Source: a gamma proteobacterium HTCC2207
GTDB taxonomy: Bacteria; Pseudomonadota; Gammaproteobacteria; Pseudomonadales; Porticoccaceae
NCBI GenBank assembly: GCA_905181925.1
Contig: CAJIZU010000001.1
Span: forward strand, 1 to 51,379
Direction: 5' to 3'
DNA length: 51,379 nt
The notes under the pieces are model-generated. The model was not told where the DNA came from. It saw nothing but the letters and a program-made list of their open reading frames with translations, and did no database searches. This document shows positions 42,683 through 51,379 of the stretch, piece by piece (the stretch's first letter is position 1; each line of letters starts with the position of its first letter). The position numbers were made by a program, and so were the translations under genes.

Positions 42683-43747
42683 GTGAATAACAATATTCGG
42701 TTGGCGGCGATTTTCTTACTGTCATTAGTAATTTGGTTTGCGAGTGGATTGATAAGTTCGTCTCAGTCTAAAGAGAGCACAGTAAGAGCAACAGCACCCA
42801 CTGGCGTTCAGGTTACTGTTTTTCAGAAAGAGTTATATAAGCCTGCTCTGTCTCTGCGTGCGAATACTCAGCCAAATCGGTCAGTGAATTTAGCCGCTCA
42901 AATAGTCGGTAAAATTTCAGCTGTTTTGGTGGAAGAAGGTACTGCTGTTACAAAGGGACAAGTGATTTGTGAGATCAGTAAAGAAGACCGCTACTTTCGT
43001 CTGGACCAAGCGAAAGCGCACCTTGAACAATCGTCCATTGCCTATCGAGGAGCCATAACCCTAAAAAGTGCCGGGTTTCAGTCGGAAGTGGCTATTGCGC
43101 AGGCTAGGGCCACGCTTGAAACTGCCAAAGCAAATTTGAAACGTGCCCAACTTGATATTGGCCATTTAAACGTTGTGGCTCCATTCGATGGCATTATTGA
43201 AACGCGAGCATTGGAAATTGGAGACTACGTTGTCCCCGGTACAATTTGTGCATTGTTAGTCGATTTGGACCCAATAAAGGTGACAGCGCTAGTCAATGAG
43301 CATGAAGTCAGTAAGGTCAAAGTGAGTAGTGTCGCATCTGCTAGTATTGGTTTAAATGGACCTATTGAGGCCATAGTAAGTTACATTGCTCATCAAGCAA
43401 ATCATACGACTCAAAGCTATCGGCTTGAGGCTTTAGTGAAAAATAGTAATAAATCTATTCGAGCAGGCTTGTCTGCTCGCCTTGAAATTCCTACCGAGGG
43501 CATTGAGGCTCACTTAATTCCCGCGAGTAGTACTTTACTAAATGATCAAGGCGGTATGGCAGTCCGTATTGTGTCATCTGGAAATATCACGCAATCAATA
43601 TCAGTCACAGTACTTGGTGAAATAGGCGCTGGAATTTGGGTATCTGGCTTACCTGAGGTAGCTAATGTTATTACTGTAGGGCAAAATTACGTGATAGACG
43701 GTGAGCTGGTCGAGCCTACTTTTTTGAATAATATCGCTAAAATTTAA
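42683..43747 (+). CDS. RND efflux periplasmic adaptor (membrane fusion protein)
   Basis: N-terminal anchor, lipoyl halves (VEEGTAVTKGQVI; VVAPFDGII) and a helical hairpin; GTG start with GGGAG. Confidence 0.92.
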   Translation: MNNNIRLAAIFLLSLVIWFASGLISSSQSKESTVRATAPTGVQVTVFQKELYKPALSLRANTQPNRSVNLAAQIVGKISAVLVEEGTAVTKGQVICEISKEDRYFRLDQAKAHLEQSSIAYRGAITLKSAGFQSEVAIAQARATLETAKANLKRAQLDIGHLNVVAPFDGIIETRALEIGDYVVPGTICALLVDLDPIKVTALVNEHEVSKVKVSSVASASIGLNGPIEAIVSYIAHQANHTTQSYRLEALVKNSNKSIRAGLSARLEIPTEGIEAHLIPASSTLLNDQGGMAVRIVSSGNITQSISVTVLGEIGAGIWVSGLPEVANVITVGQNYVIDGELVEPTFLNNIAKI

Positions 43748-43764
43748 AGTAGGTTTTAAATTTC

Positions 43765-46700
43765 ATGAGCTTCTTACGACTAATTATCGAACACTCGCGA
43801 GCCACGCTCGCCATCATGCTATTGGTGCTTATTGCTGGTGCTGGTTCACGTCTATCTATGCCAGTAGAGCTTAACCCTAATGTTACGTTGCCGGTTGTTA
43901 TGATTGTGGTTCGGCATGATGGAATTTCTCCTGAGGATGGCGCTCGGTTATTAATTAGGCCGATAGAAAAAGAACTCAAAATCCTAGACGGTCTAGATGA
44001 AGTGAAAGCAACCGCCCGTGAGGGTGCAGTCGTTATCACGGTAGAATTTGAAGCAGGGGATAATATAAAGCAATCCCTGGCTGATGTGCGTGAAGCCGTA
44101 GACCGAGCAAAGGCAGAATTCCCACAAGACACTAAAGAGCCTGTTGTATCTGAGCTGAGTCCAAGCCCCGAACCAGCGGTGGTGATTACTTTTTCAGGGG
44201 CTAAAGTTTCTGAGCGAGAATTATTTCGTGCTGCCAAGTTTTATCAGCGACAATTAGAAATACTTCCAGAGGTACTCACCGCTGATATTTCGGGTCATCG
44301 CGATGAAGTTGTCGATGTTGTGATTGATCCCTCCAGATTAGAGCAGTACGGTCTAAATATTAATGAGATTGTACGAGCCATTAGCGTAAACAACTTACTA
44401 ATTCCTGCCGGTGAAATGGATGTTGCTCAAGGACGCTTTGGTATCAAAGTTCCTGCGCTGATTGAAACGGCTGAGGACATTCGCGCTTTGCCCATACGCA
44501 ACAATTCTGAAGGATCAGTCACCTTAGGGGATGTGGCAGATGTGCGCCGAACGTTCAAGGATGCGGCAGGCTACAGTTTCATTAATGGTGAAAAGACTAT
44601 TGCCATTGATGTCCGTAAACGATTGTCTGCCAACTTGATTAAAACGGTTGAGGCTTCTCGAGAGACAGTAAGTCAATCACGTGACCAGTTTTCTGCTGAC
44701 ATGGATATTGGTTATACCTTTGATAGTTCAGAAATGACTAATCAAATGATCAACGAGTTACAAGGCAACATCATCACGGCGATGTGTTTAGTGCTAATTT
44801 TAGTGGTTGCCACCCTCGGTATCAAATCAGGTCTTTTGGTGGGTTTCGGTATTCCCTTTTGCCTTTTAGGTGCACTCATTATTATTAATCTGCTCGGGCA
44901 GAGCTTTAATTTTATGGTTATGTTTGGTCTTTTACTCTCCTTGGGGATGCTGATTGACGGCGCCATTGTAGTTGTGGAGTTCGCGAGTACTAAAGGCGCT
45001 GAGGGTCTGTCTACGCGTGATGCTTATATTACTGCCGTTCAACGAATGGCGATTCCTGTAATTGCCTCTACAGGAACCACACTAGCGGCTTTTCTGCCAT
45101 TACTATTTTGGCCGGGGGTTTCTGGTGAGTTTATGTCGTACCTACCCATTACTGTTTTCGCCGTTTTAGCATGGTCACTGACCTATGCTCTTATTTTTGC
45201 ACCGACCATGGGCATTGTGATGGCTCGTCGTCGTGGTAAGCGTAAAAAGTTACCAGAGGACCATGAATCAGAAGCGGCGGCTAAAACACTATTTAAGCCA
45301 TTGCAGGATTTCTACCTAAAACTTTTAACGCCTGTCATTGAGGCACCTTTTAAAGCAGTTTTGATAGCGATGTCGTTAATTGTAGGGATCTTTTTCTTGT
45401 ACGGAAAGTTCAATGCCGGCCAGGAGTTCTTTGCATCCATAGAGAGCCAATATGGCATAGTCAATGTGCGTGCTCAAGGTAACCTGTCGATAAGTGAGCA
45501 GGAAAAAATCACCTTAAAGGTAAGCCGTATTGTCAGTTCAATCGATGGGGTTCATCAGGTTTATGGGTACAGCAATTCTGGTAATTTCTCAGTTTATGGG
45601 ACTGATGTCAGTCGTGATCAAATCAGTAGTATGTTGGTCGAACTGTATCCCAGGGAAGAACGCGACAGAGGCAGTGACGCTGTTTTCACTGAAATCCGAG
45701 GAAAAATTGCAAACCTTCCTGGAATTTATGCCACTGGAAAAGAGGTAGATACAGGGCCCCCGACGGGGAAAGATATTCAAATTCAGCTCTCTTCGCCAGA
45801 TCGGCAAGCGATGTATCGCAAGACTGCTGAGCTGCGGCAGTGGATTGCAGAAAATGTAGACGGGGTAACTGACCTTCAAGATACCTTGCCGCTGGCAGGT
45901 ATCCAATGGGAAATAGAGGTTGATCGTCCTCGTGCCGCTATGCTTGGTGTCAATGTAGCTGATGTGGGAAATATGGTTCAAATGGTCACCGGAGGTATTA
46001 TGGTTGGACAGTTTAGGCCAGACGATTCTGATGATGAAGTGGAAATTAGACTACGATTCCCAAAGCAAGATAGGCAGCTAAAATCTATTGATGATTTGAG
46101 AGTAAACACGCCAAATGGAGCGGTATCCATCAGTAGTTTCACCAATCGTATCGCCAAACCGCGAGTTGACTCTATTAAGCGTATCGACATGGTGGAAACG
46201 GTTTTCATTTTGGCGAGCACAGAAGCTGGTTACTTAGTCGACGATCAAACGCAACTTATTGAACAGTGGGTTCAGCAGCAGGAGGATAAATCAGCCGTAA
46301 AAATTCGTTTTCGTGGCGCCAATGAAGAACAGACTGCGGCGGCTGATTTTTTATCGACTGCGTTTACTTTGGCAATGTCAGTAATGATGATTATGCTGGT
46401 TATGCAATTTAATAGCTTTTATCAAGCAGGGCTAATTTTGTTTTCGGTAGTTCTGTCTACAGCAGGTGTTCTGCTTGGTCTGTTAGTCGCACAGGCTACT
46501 TTTAGTACTATGTTAACGGGTGTTGGTATTGTCGCATTGGCCGGTATTGTCGTTAATAACAATATTGTTCTGATTGATACCTACAATTATCTTCGGCGAC
46601 ATAACCGTGCATTAACATCTGCTGAAGCAGTCTATACGGCGGCTAAATCTCGGTTTAGACCTGTTATGCTGACTTCGATTACTACAATTGTGGGTTTGTT

Positions 46701-46932
46701 ACCTTTAGCAAATGGTCTGAGTATAGATTTGGTAGCTCGGAGCTATACGGTAGGTGGTATGGTAGCCTCCTGGTGGCAGCCTCTGGCAAGTGCAATTGTC
46801 AATGGACTTGCGGTTTCTACGATACTAACCTTGTTGTTGACCCCTGCCATGTTGTTGCTCCCTGAGATTATCTCCAAACGACTAGGGTTTAGAGTAGCTG
46901 ATCATCAATTTGAAGACGATGCTGTAGAGTAA
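43765..46932 (+). CDS. RND efflux permease (AcrB/AcrD/AcrF family)
   Basis: 1055 aa with two large periplasmic loops; GMLIDGAIVVVE, GIVVNNNIVLID and RFRPVMLTSITT motifs. Confidence 0.95.
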   Translation: MSFLRLIIEHSRATLAIMLLVLIAGAGSRLSMPVELNPNVTLPVVMIVVRHDGISPEDGARLLIRPIEKELKILDGLDEVKATAREGAVVITVEFEAGDNIKQSLADVREAVDRAKAEFPQDTKEPVVSELSPSPEPAVVITFSGAKVSERELFRAAKFYQRQLEILPEVLTADISGHRDEVVDVVIDPSRLEQYGLNINEIVRAISVNNLLIPAGEMDVAQGRFGIKVPALIETAEDIRALPIRNNSEGSVTLGDVADVRRTFKDAAGYSFINGEKTIAIDVRKRLSANLIKTVEASRETVSQSRDQFSADMDIGYTFDSSEMTNQMINELQGNIITAMCLVLILVVATLGIKSGLLVGFGIPFCLLGALIIINLLGQSFNFMVMFGLLLSLGMLIDGAIVVVEFASTKGAEGLSTRDAYITAVQRMAIPVIASTGTTLAAFLPLLFWPGVSGEFMSYLPITVFAVLAWSLTYALIFAPTMGIVMARRRGKRKKLPEDHESEAAAKTLFKPLQDFYLKLLTPVIEAPFKAVLIAMSLIVGIFFLYGKFNAGQEFFASIESQYGIVNVRAQGNLSISEQEKITLKVSRIVSSIDGVHQVYGYSNSGNFSVYGTDVSRDQISSMLVELYPREERDRGSDAVFTEIRGKIANLPGIYATGKEVDTGPPTGKDIQIQLSSPDRQAMYRKTAELRQWIAENVDGVTDLQDTLPLAGIQWEIEVDRPRAAMLGVNVADVGNMVQMVTGGIMVGQFRPDDSDDEVEIRLRFPKQDRQLKSIDDLRVNTPNGAVSISSFTNRIAKPRVDSIKRIDMVETVFILASTEAGYLVDDQTQLIEQWVQQQEDKSAVKIRFRGANEEQTAAADFLSTAFTLAMSVMMIMLVMQFNSFYQAGLILFSVVLSTAGVLLGLLVAQATFSTMLTGVGIVALAGIVVNNNIVLIDTYNYLRRHNRALTSAEAVYTAAKSRFRPVMLTSITTIVGLLPLANGLSIDLVARSYTVGGMVASWWQPLASAIVNGLAVSTILTLLLTPAMLLLPEIISKRLGFRVADHQFEDDAVE

Positions 46933-46951
46933 AACGGTAGAAGGTGCCTGT

Positions 46952-48013
46952 GTGAGAAAAATCATTCACTGCGACTGTGATTGTTTTTATGCAGCTGTAG
47001 AGATGCGAGATGACCCCTCTCTGCGATCACTGCCCATTGCCATTGGGGGTAAATCGGATCGCCGTGGAGTGGTCGCTACCTGTAATTACAGAGCGCGGGA
47101 GTTCGGTATTCACTCGGCTATGCCCACAGCTCATGCTCTGCGGCTTTGTCCCGATCTGGTCGTCATTCCTGGGACCATGGAAAAATATCGAAAAGCAGCT
47201 CATCAAATACGTCAGATATTTTATCGCTACACCGATAAAGTTGAGCCTCTCTCTTTAGATGAAGCATATCTAGATGTCACTGATTGCCAGGAATGTCGTG
47301 GCAGTGCAACTCTGATAGCGCAACAAATAAGACAAACTATTGCTGAGGAAGTGGGTGTTACCGCCTCGGCAGGTATCGCCCCCAATAAATTTTTGGCTAA
47401 AGTCGCCAGCGACTTAAATAAACCAGACGGACAGTTCGTGATTACTCCGGAGGAAGTTGAAGGGTTTGTTAAAACATTGGCTGTAAAACGAATATTCGGT
47501 GTAGGTAAGGTAACTAATGAGAAACTCCAACGGTTGGGAATCAAGACCTGTGGGGATCTCCAGCAGCGCTCTCTCATAGAGTTGGTAGATAAGTTTGGCA
47601 CCTTTGGAAAACGTCTTCATGACTTGAGTACAGGGATAGATAATCGATCAGTCAATTCTGATAGTCGTCGAAAATCACTCAGTGTTGAACATACATATTC
47701 AGATGATTTACCCGATCAAGCCGCCTGTAAAGATAAAATATCAGACCTGTTATTAGAGTTACGTAGCCGCCTGAGACGTATCGATAGTGATTATTTAGTC
47801 ACTAAGCAGTTTATTAAGGTCAAGTTTAATGATTTCACTAGCACGACCGTTGAGCGACAGTTGAGTAAAGGGATGTCCCAGCAGAGTTTTGAAGATTTAC
47901 TCGTGCAAGCTTTGGCGCGCGGTGGACGACCGGTGCGCCTTTTAGGTTTGGGCGTTCGATTTGTGGATACGCGACAGCAAGAGATAGGATTACAGCTAGA
48001 TTTTTTTGACTAG
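46952..48013 (+). CDS. dinB: DNA polymerase IV
   Basis: RKIIHCDCDCFYAAVE, SLDEAYLD, NKFLAKVASD, and C-terminal clamp-binding motif QLDFF. Confidence 0.97.
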   Translation: MRKIIHCDCDCFYAAVEMRDDPSLRSLPIAIGGKSDRRGVVATCNYRAREFGIHSAMPTAHALRLCPDLVVIPGTMEKYRKAAHQIRQIFYRYTDKVEPLSLDEAYLDVTDCQECRGSATLIAQQIRQTIAEEVGVTASAGIAPNKFLAKVASDLNKPDGQFVITPEEVEGFVKTLAVKRIFGVGKVTNEKLQRLGIKTCGDLQQRSLIELVDKFGTFGKRLHDLSTGIDNRSVNSDSRRKSLSVEHTYSDDLPDQAACKDKISDLLLELRSRLRRIDSDYLVTKQFIKVKFNDFTSTTVERQLSKGMSQQSFEDLLVQALARGGRPVRLLGLGVRFVDTRQQEIGLQLDFFD

Positions 48014-48104
48014 CGGCCTGTAATGACGAATTTCCATTACCCACTGTTTAAAACATAAGGCCTTTTTGTTAAACTATCCAATTGGCCGTTTTTGGAATAA
48101 AGAG

Positions 48105-48428
48105 TTGAAGAATCAATCAAGTAAAAACTCCATTCGCAGTGAACTGCGCCGCAAGACTGAGGAATATATTTCTCTTGGTGGTGAGATTAAACAGCACCAG
48201 GCGGGAGAAACGGGTGAGCCAGCAGACAAGCCGAGAGGACGTTCCGCGTTTGTTAGTGGAGAGCCTCCAAAAACTCGGACCTATATCAATGATGTTGTTT
48301 CTGCCTTAGACAACCGCAAAAAGAAAAAGGTGCCACCAAAAGTTTCTGCGAAGACTGAGCGGGCAAAGAAGAAAGTAATTTACGATGACTTTGGTGAGCC
48401 CGTTCGGGAAGTTTGGACAAAAGATTAA
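48105..48428 (+). CDS. Small basic protein with SutA-like RNAP-binding motif
   Basis: RSELRRKTEEYISLGGEIKQ resembles the SutA core, followed by a Lys-rich tail ending IYDDFGEPVREVW. Start is TTG 48105 or 48066. Confidence 0.6.
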   Translation: MKNQSSKNSIRSELRRKTEEYISLGGEIKQHQAGETGEPADKPRGRSAFVSGEPPKTRTYINDVVSALDNRKKKKVPPKVSAKTERAKKKVIYDDFGEPVREVWTKD

Positions 48429-48531
48429 CCTTAGAACACTGCTCCGTATCGGTCTTTAAGGAATAGCTGGCTCTAGGTCTACCCCCTCGATCAAAAAACT
48501 ATTCGTGTTAGTCTGCTTTAGCGCTATATAG

Positions 48532-49584
48532 CTAGCTGACCTTCTCTCCACGGGCTTGTTTGTCGGCGTGGTAGCTTGATCGTACTAAGGGACCGCAGGC
48601 GGCTTGTTTAAAGCCAATCTTATATGCATATTCAGTGTATTCAGCAAATTCATCAGGGTGAACAAACCTATCAATCGCCAGATGGCTCGGAGATGGCTGC
48701 AAGTATTGGCCAACCGTCAGCATATCTACATCGTGCTCCCGCAGATCATCTAGGGTTCTCAATAGTTCATCTTTGGTTTCACCGAGACCGACCATTAATC
48801 CCGATTTAGTCTGTATCTGAGGGTTGCGAGCTTTATATTCCTTCAGTAGTTTTAATGACCAGGCGTAGTTAGCACCAGGACGGGCTTCTCGATAAAGACG
48901 TGGCACAGTTTCCATGTTGTGGTTAAAGACATCGGGTGGAGTAGCGCTCATAATATCGAGTGCAGGGGTCATGCGACCACGAAAATCAGGGACTAAGATC
49001 TCTACTTTAAGTTCTGGTGATAGAAGCCTTGCTTCACGAATACAGTCAGCAAAATGTTGTGCGCCACCATCGCGCAGATCATCTCTATCTACTGAAGTAA
49101 TTACCACATAATTGAGAGCCATCTCATGAATGGCTAATGCTAAATTTTTTGGCTCCGCGGCATCCAGTTTGTTAGGTTTACCGTGGCTGACGTCACAAAA
49201 TGGACAGCGCCGAGTACAAATTTCACCCATGATCATAAAAGTGGCGGTGCCTCCACTAAAGCATTCATGCAAGTTTGGGCAGGCAGCCTCTTCACAGACT
49301 GTAGACATTTTATGACGACGCAAAATTTGCTTTATTTCTTGTACTTTGGGTGATGCGGATAAACGTACACGCATCCAGGATGGTTTACGCTGTATTTCAG
49401 TTGTCGGAATAACCTTAACGGGTATCCTCTCTACCTTATCTGCACTACGTAACTTCTCGCCGGCTTGCAAACGACGAGTCCGCTTAGGAGGTGCGGTCTG
49501 AAGCTCAATAGTTGGAATGAGATTTATCGTTTCGCGATTAAGCTTATCTGCATTTATTGTTTTTATTGGTACGATAGTATCCAC
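48532..49584 (-). CDS. lipA: Lipoyl synthase
   Basis: [20 protein letters not shown] and VRSSY motifs. Confidence 0.98.
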   Translation of the reverse strand: MDTIVPIKTINADKLNRETINLIPTIELQTAPPKRTRRLQAGEKLRSADKVERIPVKVIPTTEIQRKPSWMRVRLSASPKVQEIKQILRRHKMSTVCEEAACPNLHECFSGGTATFMIMGEICTRRCPFCDVSHGKPNKLDAAEPKNLALAIHEMALNYVVITSVDRDDLRDGGAQHFADCIREARLLSPELKVEILVPDFRGRMTPALDIMSATPPDVFNHNMETVPRLYREARPGANYAWSLKLLKEYKARNPQIQTKSGLMVGLGETKDELLRTLDDLREHDVDMLTVGQYLQPSPSHLAIDRFVHPDEFAEYTEYAYKIGFKQAACGPLVRSSYHADKQARGEKVS

Positions 49585-49599
49585 TACGAATAATAATCC

Positions 49600-50274
49600 T
49601 TAGAATTCATCAGTTAAAGCAGGTAGGCCTGCGGCCATTTCAACGCTATTATAGCCGAGTCCTTCCATCAGATGGTTGGTTAATTTATCGATCACCCGAT
49701 CTAAGGTAGGCGGCGCAGTATCTATTAAGTCAGCGAGTTGAGTCATTTCAACACCTAGGCCACAAGGGTTTATTCGTTGCCACGGCGACATATCCATATC
49801 AACGTTGAAATTTAAACCGTGGTAGCTACATCCTTTTCGAATACGTAAACCCAGGGAAGCAATTTTCTTTCCATTAGAGACATAAACACCTGGTGCATCG
49901 CTGCGTGGCGTAGCTTCTACATCCCAGTGGGCTAAGGTATCTACAAGTGCTTTTTCGATTAAAGAGACCAATCCACGCACCCCAATATTAAGACGCTTCA
50001 AATCGATTAACAGATATGCCGTAATCTGACCTGGACCATGATAAGTAACATGGCCCCCACGGTCACTTTTTACTACTGGAATGTCACCGGCAACTAGAAT
50101 GTATTCATCTTTGCCAGCCTGCCCTTGAGTGAATACTGGATTATGCTCCACGTACCAAATCTCATCTCGAGTCGATATGTTCCGCTGATCGGTAAAGGCT
50201 TTCATCAAGGTAAATATTTTGGTGTAGTTCTGACATCCAAGATGACGAATAATAAGCGACGATGCAGTGACCAT
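49600..50274 (-). CDS. lipB: Lipoyl(octanoyl) transferase
   Basis: EHNPVFTQG, RGGHVTYHGPGQ, KIASLG and INPCG motifs. Confidence 0.97.
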   Translation of the reverse strand: MVTASSLIIRHLGCQNYTKIFTLMKAFTDQRNISTRDEIWYVEHNPVFTQGQAGKDEYILVAGDIPVVKSDRGGHVTYHGPGQITAYLLIDLKRLNIGVRGLVSLIEKALVDTLAHWDVEATPRSDAPGVYVSNGKKIASLGLRIRKGCSYHGLNFNVDMDMSPWQRINPCGLGVEMTQLADLIDTAPPTLDRVIDKLTNHLMEGLGYNSVEMAAGLPALTDEF

Positions 50275-50276
50275 GG

Positions 50277-50546
50277 TCAGAGCACCATTTTAACGCTGGC
50301 GCTAGTTTTTAGAGCAGCAAATATATCATCCAATTGTGGCTTGCCGGTGGCAATAATGGTCACTGTTACCGATTGCCAGCGACCTTTACTACTGTCGCGC
50401 ACTGAAATCTTTTGTCGATCAAAGCCTGGGGCATGGTTGTCCATTACAGCTAATATATGCTCGATAAAGCTACCATTAGCCTCACCTAAAATTTTAATAG
50501 GGTAGTCACAAGGAAATTCGATCTTTGGCGGTTCTTGATCATTCAT
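50277..50546 (-). CDS. ybeD: YbeD / DUF493 family protein
   Basis: IEFPCDYPIKILG, SSKGRWQSVTV and VKMVL motifs; dacA-ybeD-lipB synteny. Confidence 0.92.
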   Translation of the reverse strand: MNDQEPPKIEFPCDYPIKILGEANGSFIEHILAVMDNHAPGFDRQKISVRDSSKGRWQSVTVTIIATGKPQLDDIFAALKTSASVKMVL

Positions 50547-50556
50547 ATCAACGTTC

Positions 50557-51378
50557 TCATGATAGGAGATCTGTAAAGAAAAGAATTATCCAATCAAAGA
50601 GTCGCTCAAAAAGACCCGACTCAGCAATATCTTTTTCTGCAACTAGGGGTACATCAACCAACAGCGCTTTGTTCAAGCTGACCTGTAAATTGCCAAGTAC
50701 CTGACCTGTTACGATAGGTGCTGCAATAACGTCACTAAGTGTAACTTCTGCTTTCAGTATTTTTTCTGATCCACGAGGGAATGTGAGTACGACGTCGTCA
50801 GCAATAGTTAAATTTAAGAATTCTTCTTCGCCGTACCATAATTTGGCATTAGCTTTTATGATGTCACCCGCAGAATAGACCACTTGAGTATCGAAATATC
50901 TGAATCCATAGGACAGTAGTCGTTGTGATTCACGTGCTCTAGATTCATCATTGGTCGCACCAAGAACAACGGCGATCAGACGCATATCTCGCCGCTTAGC
51001 CGAAGACACTAAGCAGTAACCAGCTTCTTGAGTTCTGCCAGTTTTCAGCCCATCGACACTCTTATCGCGCCACAACAAGCGATTACGATTAGGTTGATTA
51101 ATATTGTTATGTTCAAAGTACTTTTTTGAATATATCTCGTAGTATTTTGGGTGATCACGAATTATCGCCCGCGCAATTTTTGATAGGTCGCGTGCCGAAG
51201 TAAACATTCCTTCGGCAGGAAGCCCTGTTGAATTCATATACTGGGTATTGGTCATGCCTAGAAGCTCAGCTTGTTGATTCATAAGATCAGCAAAGGCATG
51301 CTCGCCACCAGCGACATGCTCAGCTAGCGCGATAGCAGCATCGTTACCCGATTGAATAATAACACCATGCATTAGATC
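50557..51378 (-). CDS. dacA: D-alanyl-D-alanine carboxypeptidase (PBP5/6), 5' truncated by window edge
   Basis: SGNDA (SxN), NRNRLL and GLKTG motifs plus C-terminal amphipathic helix; frame runs off the window. Confidence 0.93.
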   Translation of the reverse strand, partial: DLMHGVIIQSGNDAAIALAEHVAGGEHAFADLMNQQAELLGMTNTQYMNSTGLPAEGMFTSARDLSKIARAIIRDHPKYYEIYSKKYFEHNNINQPNRNRLLWRDKSVDGLKTGRTQEAGYCLVSSAKRRDMRLIAVVLGATNDESRARESQRLLSYGFRYFDTQVVYSAGDIIKANAKLWYGEEEFLNLTIADDVVLTFPRGSEKILKAEVTLSDVIAAPIVTGQVLGNLQVSLNKALLVDVPLVAEKDIAESGLFERLFDWIILFFTDLLS

Positions 51379-51379
51379 T

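Noticed and set aside
48044-48059. LexA-like CTGTTTAAAACATAAG downstream of dinB
   Set aside because: The right half-site (TAAG) lacks the CAG core.

Overview
A roughly 43% GC (estimated by eye), gene-dense chromosomal segment of a Gammaproteobacterium. Gene order and protein style suggest a marine oligotrophic Cellvibrionales/SAR92-like organism, which is an inference. It is almost entirely housekeeping. In order: the 3' part of a TonB-dependent receptor with a sterol-desaturase-family gene; a Nudix/gamma-CA/DUF1289 cluster; yfjD-ypjD; ffh-rpsP-rimM-trmD-rplS; a linked NarL/LuxR regulator and BarA/GacS-like hybrid kinase; rnr; DUF484-dapF-lysA-lptM; cyaY; argH; hemCDXY; mnmC-fldB-trmL; a ferritin-like gene; an exported methyltransferase-yheU-tilS; pyrG-kdsA-eno-ftsB-ispDF-truD-pcm-DUF368-nlpD-rpoS; ppa; an RND efflux pair; dinB; a SutA-like small protein; and lipA-lipB-ybeD-dacA (partial). 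I saw no tRNA, rRNA, CRISPR array, transposase, integrase or prophage gene, and I cannot claim a clearly new multi-gene system. The best leads are: an MnmC whose methyltransferase half looks degenerate while its FAD half is intact and overlaps a flavodoxin gene; xerD and xerC both missing from their usual slots, with a two-component pair and rnr in between; truD apparently needing a non-canonical start codon; a duplicated SD/anti-SD plus minigene chain upstream of eno; DUF368 in the slot where DedA/YqaA often sits; and a SutA-like protein. All family calls come from motif recognition and synteny, not database searches.
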